Positions 1-9,490 are shown, counted from the stretch's first letter. The stretch: 64,000 nucleotides of DNA from an uncultured Gammaproteobacteria bacterium (GCA_964537315.1 CAZIAP010000002.1:43237-107236); one strand, 5' to 3'. A program made the numbers and translations. The notes: generated by a model from the sequence alone, not told the origin.

Positions 1-397
1 CAACATCTTCATCCAAAATGCCCATATCAATCATGCTGTCCCCATTAACCTTGAGAGCATAATACGAATTGTTTGGTTTCAATTTAATATTGCTTGGAAC
101 TTGAATGGGTTCAGGATTTTCAATTGGTTCGATTGGTTCACCTGCTGCTATAAAACCCAACAAAGGAACTGTCCTTTTTTGCGTAATTGGTTCAATTCCA
201 CGATTTTTATGAGGATCTCTTTTTAGGTATCCCTTTTTTTCCAATTCCTCAATGTAGTATTGGGCTGTACTTAGGTTTTCTGTGTTCAAAAAACCTGCTG
301 TTTCACGCAATGAAGGAGAGAACCCATTTTCATGAACAAATGAATTGATAAAATCCAACACGCCTTTTTGTTTATCAGTTAATGGCTTGACTTGCAT
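1..397 (-). CDS. lexA: LexA-family repressor (C-terminus runs off the window)
   Basis: Own translation MQVKPLTDKQKGVLDFI...FSPSLRE...RGIE...VPLLGFIAAGEP...ALKVNGDSMID: wHTH, Ala-Gly cleavage site and catalytic GDSM motif. Not in the ORF track. Confidence 0.92.
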   Translation of the reverse strand, partial: MQVKPLTDKQKGVLDFINSFVHENGFSPSLRETAGFLNTENLSTAQYYIEELEKKGYLKRDPHKNRGIEPITQKRTVPLLGFIAAGEPIEPIENPEPIQVPSNIKLKPNNSYYALKVNGDSMIDMGILDEDV

Positions 398-411
398 AGT
401 GTATTATGATA

Positions 412-440
412 ACTTTATGACAAATTTATAGTCATGTCAA
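412..440 (-). promoter_or_regulatory. lexA sigma70 promoter with palindromic candidate operator
   Basis: TTGACA (440-435), 17 nt, TAAAGT (417-412); ATGAC-N9-GTCAT (417-435) spans the spacer. Confidence 0.7.
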
Positions 441-480
441 GCAATATAAATATATCAATCTATAAGGAGGTGAGGCAATA

Positions 481-711
481 ATGGCAAAATCACAACATGT
501 AGTACCATATGGCAAAGATTGGGCAGTTCGAGGTGCCGGAAATAGTCGTGTCACTTCAATACACAAAACACAATCATCAGCATATCAAGAGGCTAGGCAG
601 ATAGCAATCAATAACAAAGCGGAGGTGGTAATACACCGCCCAGACGGCAGAATAAGGGATAAAGATAGTTTTGGCAATGATCCTTTTCCTCCTAGGGATA
701 AAAGGTTTTAA
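481..711 (+). CDS. DUF2188 family protein
   Basis: QHVVP..WAV..TQ..A..AR.IA..E..IHRPDGRIR..DSFGNDPFPP pattern; SD AAGGAGGTGA upstream. Confidence 0.85.
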   Translation: MAKSQHVVPYGKDWAVRGAGNSRVTSIHKTQSSAYQEARQIAINNKAEVVIHRPDGRIRDKDSFGNDPFPPRDKRF

Positions 712-754
712 ATCTGTTGGATTATCATCATGCACACTTATTTTAAATGCGTAA

Positions 755-1270
755 ATGGAAGAAATTTTAGAGAATTTTGAGTTTGTTAGATTTGTCTTCG
801 TCCCATTTTTATCTTTTGTTGTGGGTTTTGCTTTAGCTGTATTTATTTATAGACACCCTCAAACAAAAAAATTTAAATTTGTCACTAAATTGTGGCACAT
901 TGAATCAGAAAAGTACCGCAATCTTACAAGAAATCATTACAACATCTCAGATTTGCAAATTGTGGATTCCAATAATAAACCTGTACGTCACCCATACACG
1001 CTTAATGATGGGAAAAATGTTTTTAAATGCATTGCCTCCTATACTGATGGCACGACTGAAAGTTATTCTCCATATTGGTTGTGTTGGGCAAAAGGAAGTG
1101 ATGATCCTTGGTGCGTTTTGGGTAAAAGTAGAAAAGATGAAGTATCTATTACTAGAGGCGAAAGACATGAGAGATATTCAGAATTGTCATGTTGGGTATT
1201 TCCACCTAAGAGGCAGTCAGAAACAGGGAATGTAGAAATACCGCATGTCTCAATCGGCTTTAAGTATTGA
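755..1270 (+). CDS. hypothetical protein, N-terminal TM helix plus beta-rich domain
   Basis: 171 aa ORF; hydrophobic segment at about aa 10-32; TTGA stop/start overlap with the next ORF. Confidence 0.7.
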   Translation: MEEILENFEFVRFVFVPFLSFVVGFALAVFIYRHPQTKKFKFVTKLWHIESEKYRNLTRNHYNISDLQIVDSNNKPVRHPYTLNDGKNVFKCIASYTDGTTESYSPYWLCWAKGSDDPWCVLGKSRKDEVSITRGERHERYSELSCWVFPPKRQSETGNVEIPHVSIGFKY

Positions 1271-2700
1271 AAATTATGTACATACTAGAAAAAGAACACG
1301 CACTAAAACTGTCTGCTGCCCTTGCTAGCTCATATTACAAAGAACGAGTAAATTATCTTGAAAAAGTACTCCGAGCAACAAGAAGCAAGCGTCACAAGAA
1401 TAATAAAGAAATGTTGCTTGCAATGCAGTTCAACATAGCCAAATTTGAAACTAATATTTGGAACACTCTTAGCGAAGGCAGGAATCTAGCAAAACAGTTA
1501 AATTCAAAATCCAGTCTAACATCCGAAGAAGAGAAGGACTTAAAAGGAATAGAAGAACATATCCTTATACATGAACATCTAATCAGAATTTCTCGTACTA
1601 TTTGCGATGGAATTGCGTGGAGGAATTTGAATTACAATCGCACTTTCTTAAATTCCTCTGCTCGAGGATTTGGAGCAGGGAGAATTGATGTAAATAGTAA
1701 AGAGTTCAAGAGTGAGTTTATGTGGGCACACAGGATTTCAAAAAGATTAAATAGCTTGGTAATACTTAACGATTTAACTAGATTCTTGAGAATTGGTGAC
1801 TTAACAGAAATTAATGATGGCATAGCTTTTATTCATGAAATTAAGAAGTATGGAAAAGAAGTTAAAAATTTGTTCACACTAAAGAAAGTTACAGGCAATG
1901 CCAAAATAAGCAAACAGGCAATAAGATTACTAGAATTACAAAGAATTGCGTTTGCCAATAAAGCCAAAATTTACGGCATAGATGTAGAAACAAAAGAAGT
2001 TGAGTTAGATTTAAAAACCAACACAAATAAAGTCAAGAAATTATTTAGAGAATCAGAAAAGAAATTTGTTGTATCTGATGACATTGATGAGTGTATTAAT
2101 GTAGAAGTAACAAACTTCCATGCAATTCAAGAACATAAACAGAAAGTTGATATTGAAGAGTTGAAAAAAATATCTCCTAAAAAAAGAGTGACTGACTTAA
2201 TTCTTGTTCATAGCAATTGGGACACATTTTATAGTGATGAAAAGGGCAACTTTGTAAGATCCGCACCACCATACTCAATATTTCCCTTTTCAGCAAAGGA
2301 CTGTACTTTTCTAATGTCTGGTTATTATCTAGTTAAATGCTCATTGAATGTTACAAAACTAAAAGAAGTTCTACTACAAAACAATTGGATAATAGAGGAA
2401 CGAACAGAGAAAGATCTAGATAAACAGATCGCAGATTACGAAAAGGAGAAAGATACGATGTTTACAGTTAAAGAGGGTTTGTATGCACATGTTCCAAGTG
2501 ATGGTGGGCTCTTTACAGTCAAACGAGGGCCTTTCAGTGTATCGTTTGACGCAATGCTATATTGCAGGCTAACTATGGAATATCTATCTGTTGAGAGCAT
2601 TCTTAATATTTTGGAGCACATGTATAAGATCGCATCACAAAGACGAAAAGATGATATATATTTTCCTAGATTTAGGAATGAAAACGAATTTTGGAATTAG
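1267..2700 (+). CDS. hypothetical protein with possible PD-(D/E)xK nuclease motif
   Basis: 477 aa; helical N-terminus; RIGDL...FIHEIKK motif. Confidence 0.7.
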   Translation: MKIMYILEKEHALKLSAALASSYYKERVNYLEKVLRATRSKRHKNNKEMLLAMQFNIAKFETNIWNTLSEGRNLAKQLNSKSSLTSEEEKDLKGIEEHILIHEHLIRISRTICDGIAWRNLNYNRTFLNSSARGFGAGRIDVNSKEFKSEFMWAHRISKRLNSLVILNDLTRFLRIGDLTEINDGIAFIHEIKKYGKEVKNLFTLKKVTGNAKISKQAIRLLELQRIAFANKAKIYGIDVETKEVELDLKTNTNKVKKLFRESEKKFVVSDDIDECINVEVTNFHAIQEHKQKVDIEELKKISPKKRVTDLILVHSNWDTFYSDEKGNFVRSAPPYSIFPFSAKDCTFLMSGYYLVKCSLNVTKLKEVLLQNNWIIEERTEKDLDKQIADYEKEKDTMFTVKEGLYAHVPSDGGLFTVKRGPFSVSFDAMLYCRLTMEYLSVESILNILEHMYKIASQRRKDDIYFPRFRNENEFWN

Positions 2701-2748
2701 CTACATTGCAGGAGTAGGTAAAAGTGTCCAGTATTGAAGTACACAAAT

Positions 2749-3723
2749 ATGAGTTACTACGAATTAGAGCAAGATAAAGTCATTAGACAATTTTTAAAGG
2801 ATTTTCCTGAACCAACAAAGGACAATCTTTTTATCTTATTTCATAGCCATTTCATACACCCAGATATAGAAACTGAATTTCTAAACAAAGTTGCAAAAAA
2901 TGTTATTGATGTAAGTTACGATTATTTTATTTCTCTCCCGAAAACAAAGAGATTTCACTTTTTACGAGCATTGGGTAAATTAATAGACTCTGCTCTGTCG
3001 TTAAAAATATGGGAATTCCAGCTCTCAAGAAATGATGCGACGTGGTATTGGAAAGATACCCCCACTTACTTTTTAGCATTAACACATTTAGTAGAACCTC
3101 TTGAGTCTTTAAGGCATGAAATGGGATTAGTCAGAAGAAAGCATTTGTATGAAAAAATTGTTTGTGTAGAGGGAGAAAGCGAGCTTAGTTTTATAAGGAC
3201 ATTGTATCTAACTGCAAAATATGCAAACTTTGACTTTCCTGTCTACAGCTATAAAGGGAAGGGTGAAATACAGAACTTAATACACTTTATTAAAGAAAAA
3301 AATAGGCAAGGAATAAGAGTTCTCTTATCGTACGATATGGACAGACAATCAGACTCATTTATTAAGAAGATTAAGAAAAAATGCACAATTGAAAAAACTT
3401 TTGGGTTCAGTCAGGATTTTGAAGGCTCATTTCCACCTGAAATATTAACGCGTGCTTTGGATGACTATATTAAAAAGTACACAAAATTAAAAATTTCGCT
3501 AGATGAAAAAGACATTGCTGGTTTATTATCTCAACATAAGCCATTCTTAAAAGTGTTCAGTCAAAAATACAACGTAAAAGTTAATAAAGTAAAATTAGGT
3601 GAGTTATTGGGGAAAATTATGGCTGGCGTACTGTATCAACACTGGAACGATGTTTTTAACAAACGCGTAAAAACACCATTTAACTCTGAAATATATAAGT
3701 TTTTGAAATATTTAGTTTCATAA
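2749..3723 (+). CDS. OLD-type TOPRIM domain protein
   Basis: IVCVEGESE, GKGEI, SYDMD and QDFE motifs; ATG 2749 preferred over TTG 2734. Confidence 0.7.
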   Translation: MSYYELEQDKVIRQFLKDFPEPTKDNLFILFHSHFIHPDIETEFLNKVAKNVIDVSYDYFISLPKTKRFHFLRALGKLIDSALSLKIWEFQLSRNDATWYWKDTPTYFLALTHLVEPLESLRHEMGLVRRKHLYEKIVCVEGESELSFIRTLYLTAKYANFDFPVYSYKGKGEIQNLIHFIKEKNRQGIRVLLSYDMDRQSDSFIKKIKKKCTIEKTFGFSQDFEGSFPPEILTRALDDYIKKYTKLKISLDEKDIAGLLSQHKPFLKVFSQKYNVKVNKVKLGELLGKIMAGVLYQHWNDVFNKRVKTPFNSEIYKFLKYLVS

Positions 3724-3727
3724 AGAC

Positions 3728-4378
3728 ATGATAACCTGGCTTCAAGAAAATTATGGGTGGGCGATTAGTCTGCTAATACAGAGCTTTATCGCTTACCATG
3801 TATTTTTCCTATCCCAAAGACTTTCCAACAGAGAACGCCTGAGACACAAAGAGTCAATCAAGAGAAAAGCAGATGAGTTATTGTCTGAAATTCGAAAGAG
3901 AAAGTTAAACAGCGAGGTGTATTTGGTAAACATTAATCGCTATTTCAAGGACTATCCTTCGAATAAAGAAAAGCGGTTCGAGGGCTATTCCCACATTAAA
4001 GCAGAGATTAAAACTACTAGATTTGATGGTATCGAATTCTTCGCAGAACCGCCAAAAGAGGTATATAGAAAAAAAGACAGCACTTTGTCATTTAAAGGTA
4101 ATAAAAAGGAACATGTGTTTAATGCGTTTCCAGTTGGCATTGTTCCTTATGAATGGATTGAGCACGTAGACGCGGTTGGTGATGAGTATGCCTATGTTCC
4201 ATTATTTTATTGCCATTTCAAAGGTAGGACACATTGGAAGTTTTGGAAGAGGTTGTTATTTTTTGGGTATCCATACAAAAACATGCTCTATTATCGTTTA
4301 AGCGATGTATATAATAAGCGAAACGATCCAATGGAGATGAAATACGCCTATATTGATGAGCCCATATCAAAGAACTAA
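3728..4378 (+). CDS. hypothetical protein with N-terminal TM helix
   Basis: 216 aa ORF starting 4 nt after the previous stop. Confidence 0.7.
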   Translation: MITWLQENYGWAISLLIQSFIAYHVFFLSQRLSNRERLRHKESIKRKADELLSEIRKRKLNSEVYLVNINRYFKDYPSNKEKRFEGYSHIKAEIKTTRFDGIEFFAEPPKEVYRKKDSTLSFKGNKKEHVFNAFPVGIVPYEWIEHVDAVGDEYAYVPLFYCHFKGRTHWKFWKRLLFFGYPYKNMLYYRLSDVYNKRNDPMEMKYAYIDEPISKN

Positions 4379-4382
4379 ACAC

Positions 4383-4541
4383 ATGACTAATAAGAAAATC
4401 AACATAACAATTAAAACAAATCTAGATAACGCCACGCCAGAAGAATGGGAGCGATTTATGAAAAATCTAATAGAGGCACACAGAATACTATATAGACGAG
4501 TATTGGAACGAAAAACCAAAGAGATTCTTAGGTTGCCATAG
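4383..4541 (+). CDS. small hypothetical protein (52 aa)
   Basis: MTNKKINITIK... ATG 4 nt after the previous stop. Confidence 0.5.
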   Translation: MTNKKINITIKTNLDNATPEEWERFMKNLIEAHRILYRRVLERKTKEILRLP

Positions 4542-4662
4542 CTACTGGCCGTACCTTATCCATATCTTCTTTTAGTTGGCTAATGAACCTAAAATCCTCA
4601 AACACTTTGAATATACGCACGAATTGACTGGTTATATTAACGTTACGATCCTCGAGCTACTG

Positions 4663-4690
4663 AAAAAGTCACCATTTGGTGGCTTTTTTT
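4663..4690. terminator. intrinsic terminator, potentially bidirectional
   Basis: AAAAAGTCACCA-TT-TGGTGGCTTTTTTT hairpin with T tract and A tract. Confidence 0.75.
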
Positions 4691-4813
4691 GTGGCTTCTT
4701 TAGAGTAGGCACTCCTTTAGTCTTGAGCTGGAAACGCGAAATCTTCAAAAGAAAACTAGTCGCAGAGCTACAAAACTAACATAAAAGATCATACGTATGT
4801 TAGAATAAATAAA

Positions 4814-5314
4814 ATGAGTAAACTAATTACATGCATCTGGTTTGTCAACAACGACGGAGAAGAGGCAGTAAAATACTATGTAGACACTTTTAACTCAGCC
4901 CCTGGGATTCATGAAGCAAAACTTGGAGATATCACAAAAGCACCTAAGGCAAGCGAAGAAGTTTCAGGTAGACCTGAAGGGTCAGTTCTGACAGCTGAGT
5001 GCGAGATTGATGGAATAAGCTTCATGGCTCTCAATGGTGGTCCTCTTGACCAATTCAAACTTAATGGGTCTACATCTTTTATTATTGAATGTGAAACACA
5101 AGAAGAAATAGATTTCTTCTGGGAAAAACTTTCAGCAGTTCCTGAGGCTGAACAATGCGGGTGGTGCACAGACAAATTCGGTGTCACATGGCAAGTAGTT
5201 CCAAGGATTTTGGATGAAATGATGAGAGATCCTCAAAAAGCTGAGGCAGTAACCGCTGCTTTTATGCCAATGAAGAAAATTGACCTTGAAACAATTAAAA
5301 AAGCAGGCGAATAA
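4814..5314 (+). CDS. VOC family (PhnB-like) protein
   Basis: ALNGGP, EEIDFFWEKLS, QCGWCTDKFGVTWQVVP motifs. Confidence 0.9.
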   Translation: MSKLITCIWFVNNDGEEAVKYYVDTFNSAPGIHEAKLGDITKAPKASEEVSGRPEGSVLTAECEIDGISFMALNGGPLDQFKLNGSTSFIIECETQEEIDFFWEKLSAVPEAEQCGWCTDKFGVTWQVVPRILDEMMRDPQKAEAVTAAFMPMKKIDLETIKKAGE

Positions 5315-5464
5315 AAGACTTATTTAGGCTATGCATTTGTAAAGAAGCATTCATAAAAATAGGTACCGACTTCGTCTTTCAGGTTGAGCGCAATAACATT
5401 GTATTTTACCCTCAAATTTCTTATAACCCAAGTCTTTAATTAGAGCCTTTGATATAATCATCCC

Positions 5465-5902
5465 ATGAAGATCGATTCTCATGCTCCACTAATTGCGAAA
5501 AAAAGAGAACTAATTAACGCTCCTATAAACCACGTTTGGAAAATTCAATCTGATATAAATAATTGGCCCAAATGGCAAAAAGAAATCTCAGACGCGAAGC
5601 TTCATGGAAAGTTAGCAAAAGGAACAACTTTTACTTGGAAAGCTATGGGTATGAACATCAACTCAAAGTTACAAGAGGTCATTGAAAATAAAGTAATTGG
5701 ATGGTCAGGAGAATCATTTGGAATGAACGCAATTCATATCTGGAAGTTTGAAAAACAAGGAAATAAAACATTAGTTACAACTGAGGAATCACTATCCGGT
5801 TGGTTCCCACGGTTAATCAAGCTGTTTAAAGCAGATTTTCTAGAACAATCACTTACAAAAGCATTACTGAACTTAAAAAATCAAGCAGAAAAAACAAAAT
5901 AA
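5465..5902 (+). CDS. SRPBCC (polyketide cyclase/START) family protein
   Basis: INAPINHVWKIQSDINNWPKW pattern. Confidence 0.85.
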   Translation: MKIDSHAPLIAKKRELINAPINHVWKIQSDINNWPKWQKEISDAKLHGKLAKGTTFTWKAMGMNINSKLQEVIENKVIGWSGESFGMNAIHIWKFEKQGNKTLVTTEESLSGWFPRLIKLFKADFLEQSLTKALLNLKNQAEKTK

Positions 5903-5932
5903 TCTCATGTTTTATACATGTTAAAATTATTT

Positions 5933-6304
5933 ATGGTAAGTAAAGATGATCTAAACAAAGTAGAATATAACCTTCCAGCAGACTGGCGTGGAGATGTAAT
6001 GACGCAAATCCGCATACTAATAAAGCAAGCAGACCCAGAGATAATAGAAGATGTTAAGTGGAAGACACCATCAAACCCTGACGGGGTTCTAGTTTGGTAT
6101 AAAGATGGAATGATTACTACCGGTGAAATTTACAAAAAACATATTAGACTAGCTTTTGCAAAAGGACCTGCTCTTAAAGACCATGACCCAAAAGGACTTA
6201 TCAACAGTTACCGCGCGATTATCATACATGAAGAAGACAAAATTAATGAACGTGCATTTAAAGATCTTATCCGAGCTGCAGTAGCACTAAATAGCAAAAA
6301 ATAG
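5933..6304 (+). CDS. DUF1801 domain protein
   Basis: ADPEIIEDVKW...FAKG..L.D...LIRAAVALN; start moved to the ATG following TG-T-TAAAAT. Confidence 0.85.
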   Translation: MVSKDDLNKVEYNLPADWRGDVMTQIRILIKQADPEIIEDVKWKTPSNPDGVLVWYKDGMITTGEIYKKHIRLAFAKGPALKDHDPKGLINSYRAIIIHEEDKINERAFKDLIRAAVALNSKK

Positions 6305-6544
6305 TAGAGAGTGGAGCCCAGACAAAGCACAACGATATATCACCCACATTTGTCCAAGTTCTTCAGTATAGTAAAGGTCCAGAATTAGACTGATACTACA
6401 TGATTATTACAGGAAAATCATACTACTTTATTAGATTTTTGTTACATTTGCTAATAAAGAAGCCTCCTAGAAGATATGAGTAGGCAAGTCAACTATAGCG
6501 ATACAGAATCATTATTTTTAATTATCCTTTCGACAAAGTAGGTG

Positions 6545-6766
6545 ATGAACTACATGAAAGATGAGGCAAACATAGCAACACATTTAAGAGAGCACCAACA
6601 ATATCCCGCTACTAGAGAAGAGCTAATTGAGACATGCAACCAATTAGGTGACTTTTCAGATGAAGACAAGCAGACGTTCATGGATAAGCTTCCTGAAGGC
6701 ACATACAATACCGCTGAGGAAGTTATGATGGCTCTTGATATGGATACAGCACCAAGAACTGCATAA
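6545..6766 (+). CDS. DUF2795-like small protein
   Basis: YPATREELIE...LPEGTYNTAEEV pattern. Confidence 0.7.
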   Translation: MNYMKDEANIATHLREHQQYPATREELIETCNQLGDFSDEDKQTFMDKLPEGTYNTAEEVMMALDMDTAPRTA

Positions 6767-6870
6767 ACAACTTTTACTAACATACTTGAAAAATATTAGT
6801 TGTTCAAAGTGTTAAAGATCTGACACCTTACTTCGACCTAAATATTAGAACTTTCTGATAAAATATACTC

Positions 6871-7260
6871 ATGCAAAAATATAAGTCGTTGGAGGAATTT
6901 TTTGATGACCTTAAAGAACCCAGAAAATCTGAGGTTGAAGCATTAAGAAAGATAATTTTTGCTGCAGAAAACGATTTGAAGGAGCAAATTAAATGGAACG
7001 CTCCAAGCTACTCATTCAATCATGACGACAGGATAACTTTCAATTTATTCGACCCAAATTCTACGCGTTTAGTATTTCATGCAGGAGTAAAAACGAAGGA
7101 AGATAAGAAAGCTCCACCAATCTTTGATGATGAAACAGGATTATTAGAGTGGAATTCAAATATTAGAGCTACGGCTAGCTTTGAAAACTTAAAGCAAATT
7201 TCTGAAAGTAAAGAGGAATTAATAAAAGTAATTAAAAAATGGCTTGAAGTGTTTGATTAA
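6871..7260 (+). CDS. DUF1801 domain protein
   Basis: LRKII...EQIKWNAPSY motif. Confidence 0.85.
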   Translation: MQKYKSLEEFFDDLKEPRKSEVEALRKIIFAAENDLKEQIKWNAPSYSFNHDDRITFNLFDPNSTRLVFHAGVKTKEDKKAPPIFDDETGLLEWNSNIRATASFENLKQISESKEELIKVIKKWLEVFD

Positions 7261-7288
7261 TAATCACTGTGTTATAAAACTTTAGATT

Positions 7289-7633
7289 ATGTTTAAACTG
7301 AAACGTATTTATGAAAAAGCTGATAAATCTGATGGGTTTAGAGTTTTGGTCGATAGACTATGGCCAAGAGGAGTATCGAAAGACAGAGCCCAACTTGACC
7401 TGTGGTTAAGAGAAGTTGCTCCCAGCACTAATCTTAGAACATGGTTTGGACACGATCCTAAAAGATGGGAAGAGTTTGAGAAAAGGTATCGACAAGAGTT
7501 AAAAGACAAAGACGAATATTTGCAAGAATTAATCTCACTTGAAAAAAAGCATAAAACCGTCACATTATTGTATTCGGCAAAAAATACCGAACAAAATCAA
7601 GCAGTACTACTAGCAAAAGTACTGAAACACTAG
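7289..7633 (+). CDS. DUF488 (YeaO-like) protein
   Basis: KRIYE..DGFRVLVDRLWPRGVSK..W..EVAPS..LR.WFGHDP. Confidence 0.92.
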   Translation: MFKLKRIYEKADKSDGFRVLVDRLWPRGVSKDRAQLDLWLREVAPSTNLRTWFGHDPKRWEEFEKRYRQELKDKDEYLQELISLEKKHKTVTLLYSAKNTEQNQAVLLAKVLKH

Positions 7634-7682
7634 ATAAGATTTATTGACCAGATCCGAAAAAACTGCAAAATCACAACACAAC

Positions 7683-8486
7683 CTATACATAAGGCAATGA
7701 CCCTAGAGAAGAGTACTCTTCATTGAAACCATAAAGAGTATTCATATCTTCATCACTTATCTCAAAATCAAATACATTTATATTCTCTTCTATGTGATTT
7801 TTATGATTTGCTTTGGGAATTGGAACAGTTCCAAATTGCAAATTCCAACGAATTAAAATTTGTGCTGGTGACTTTTGATATTTACTTGCTATCTGTTGTA
7901 AAGCTGGTTCATCAAGTCTTTGGGTCCGAGTTAAAGGACTGTATGCTTGAATTAGAATATTTCTTGCATCACAGAATGCTTTAAATTCATTGCTATACCC
8001 AAATGGACTCCACTCAATCTGATTAACAGTAGGCGTTTCCTCTGTGTCTTCAATCAGCTTATCTATTAAATCAGCAGAATAGTTACTAACTCCTATATCA
8101 CGCACAAGTTTTTCATTTTTAGCTTTAATCAAACCTTCCCAAAGTTTTTCGCCTGCACCTGTTGGTGGTGGGCGATGAATAAGCATTAAATCAACATACT
8201 CCAACTTCAATTCTTCTAAATTAGATAATGTGCGTTTATAAGCATCATCCATTTCTTCAACTTTAGTTGTGATAAAAAGTTCTTCTCTGCTTACACCACT
8301 TTTTATTATTCCATCTCCAATTCCAGGTTGAGAACCATAATCACTTGATGTATCAATTAATCGATATCCCTTATTAATAGCAAAAGCAACTGTGTCTGCT
8401 GTTTGGTCCATTAATTGCCATGTTCCCAGTCCCATTACAGGCATTTTATTTCCCGTGTGAAGAGTAACAGTAGAGTCTTTATTCAT
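7683..8486 (-). CDS. aldo/keto reductase
   Basis: GLGTWQ, GYRLIDT..Y, FITTK, IGVSNY, IPK motifs. Confidence 0.95.
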   Translation of the reverse strand: MNKDSTVTLHTGNKMPVMGLGTWQLMDQTADTVAFAINKGYRLIDTSSDYGSQPGIGDGIIKSGVSREELFITTKVEEMDDAYKRTLSNLEELKLEYVDLMLIHRPPPTGAGEKLWEGLIKAKNEKLVRDIGVSNYSADLIDKLIEDTEETPTVNQIEWSPFGYSNEFKAFCDARNILIQAYSPLTRTQRLDEPALQQIASKYQKSPAQILIRWNLQFGTVPIPKANHKNHIEENINVFDFEISDEDMNTLYGFNEEYSSLGSLPYV

Positions 8487-8560
8487 ACCTTCATACTACA
8501 ATACGTTTATCTGCACAATTTATATTGAAGTAAGAAAGGTGCAAGAACTTTAATTCAGTA

Positions 8561-8589
8561 TTGACTTAATTAAGCTAATGCTTTATTAT
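8561..8589 (+). promoter_or_regulatory. ArsR operon promoter with inverted-repeat operator
   Basis: TTGACT-17-TATTAT; AATTAAGC-TAAT-GCTTTATT (8568-8587) overlaps the spacer and -10. Confidence 0.6.
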
Positions 8590-8595
8590 CTAATC

Positions 8596-8931
8596 ATGGA
8601 TATATTTTCAGCACTTGCAGATCCTACCAGACGCCAGATAGTGGAAATGCTGGCCAGTAAAGGAAAACTTCCAGCAACAACTATCTCAAAAAATTTTAAT
8701 GTTAGTCCTCCCGCTATTTCTCAACACCTAAAAGTACTCCGAGAAGCAAAAGTTGTAGATGTGGAGAAACGTGCACAACAACGACTTTACACCATAAATG
8801 CTGCTTCTATTAAAGATGTAGAGAAGTGGATTCAAGGAATCACTAAACAATGGGAAGAAAGATTTCTTAGGTTAGATAAATTATTTGAAGAAGAAAATCG
8901 TTTGAAAGGAGGTGAGCACAATGACAGATGA
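8596..8931 (+). CDS. ArsR/SmtB family regulator
   Basis: FSALADPTRRQIV...SPPAISQHLKVLREA. Confidence 0.93.
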   Translation: MDIFSALADPTRRQIVEMLASKGKLPATTISKNFNVSPPAISQHLKVLREAKVVDVEKRAQQRLYTINAASIKDVEKWIQGITKQWEERFLRLDKLFEEENRLKGGEHNDR

Positions 8932-9430
8932 ACAAGGAATTGTAATTGAAAGAGTGTTTGATGCCCCGCGCGATCTTGTGTGGAAAGCATGGACCGATCC
9001 TGAGATGATCAAAAAATGGTGGGGACCTGAAGGATTTTCTGCACCAAGCATAAAGAATGACCTCCGCGTAGATGGGAAATATATATTTGCTATGCAAGGA
9101 GAACCGGGATCTGAATGGGAAGGTGTAATGTATAGCGCTGGTGTATACAAAGAAATTGTTCCAAATGAGAAGATCGTAGTAACTGATTATTTTTCAGATG
9201 AGAGTGGTGAAAAAATGAACCCTGCTGATTTTGGCCAAGATGCAAATTTTCCATCTGAACAAACAGTGACAATTTTATTTGAAGATGTTGAGGAAGGAAA
9301 AACAAAACTCACCCTTAAATATCCAAAACCAGAAACAGAAGAGCAATACCAAGCAATGTTAAAAAGTGGTATGCAAGAAGGATGGCAATCAAGCCTTAAT
9401 AAACTTGAAAAACTCTTACAAGAAGCGTGA
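8921..9430 (+). CDS. SRPBCC/AHSA1 domain protein
   Basis: IERVFDAPRDLVWKAWTDPE..KKWWGP...GWQSSLNKL; SD AAAGGAGGTGA. Confidence 0.92.
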   Translation: MTDEQGIVIERVFDAPRDLVWKAWTDPEMIKKWWGPEGFSAPSIKNDLRVDGKYIFAMQGEPGSEWEGVMYSAGVYKEIVPNEKIVVTDYFSDESGEKMNPADFGQDANFPSEQTVTILFEDVEEGKTKLTLKYPKPETEEQYQAMLKSGMQEGWQSSLNKLEKLLQEA

Positions 9431-9450
9431 TTTTATCATGCTAAAACTAA

Positions 9451-9490
9451 TCCATTATTGTCCTGGAATTATTACCAGGACAATAATGGA
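9451..9490. repeat. perfect 16-bp inverted repeat (hairpin)
   Basis: TCCATTATTGTCCTGG-AATTATTA-CCAGGACAATAATGGA. Confidence 0.85.

Noticed and set aside
4613-4642. dif/cer-like site ATACGCACGAA-TTGACTGG-TTATATTAACG at the island edge
   Set aside because: Only the XerD-like arm resembles consensus; no recombinase or partner site is visible, and it is near the origin rather than the terminus.
4576-4779. 67-aa ORF in the track
   Set aside because: TTG start, no recognisable motif, and it runs through a clear terminator hairpin.
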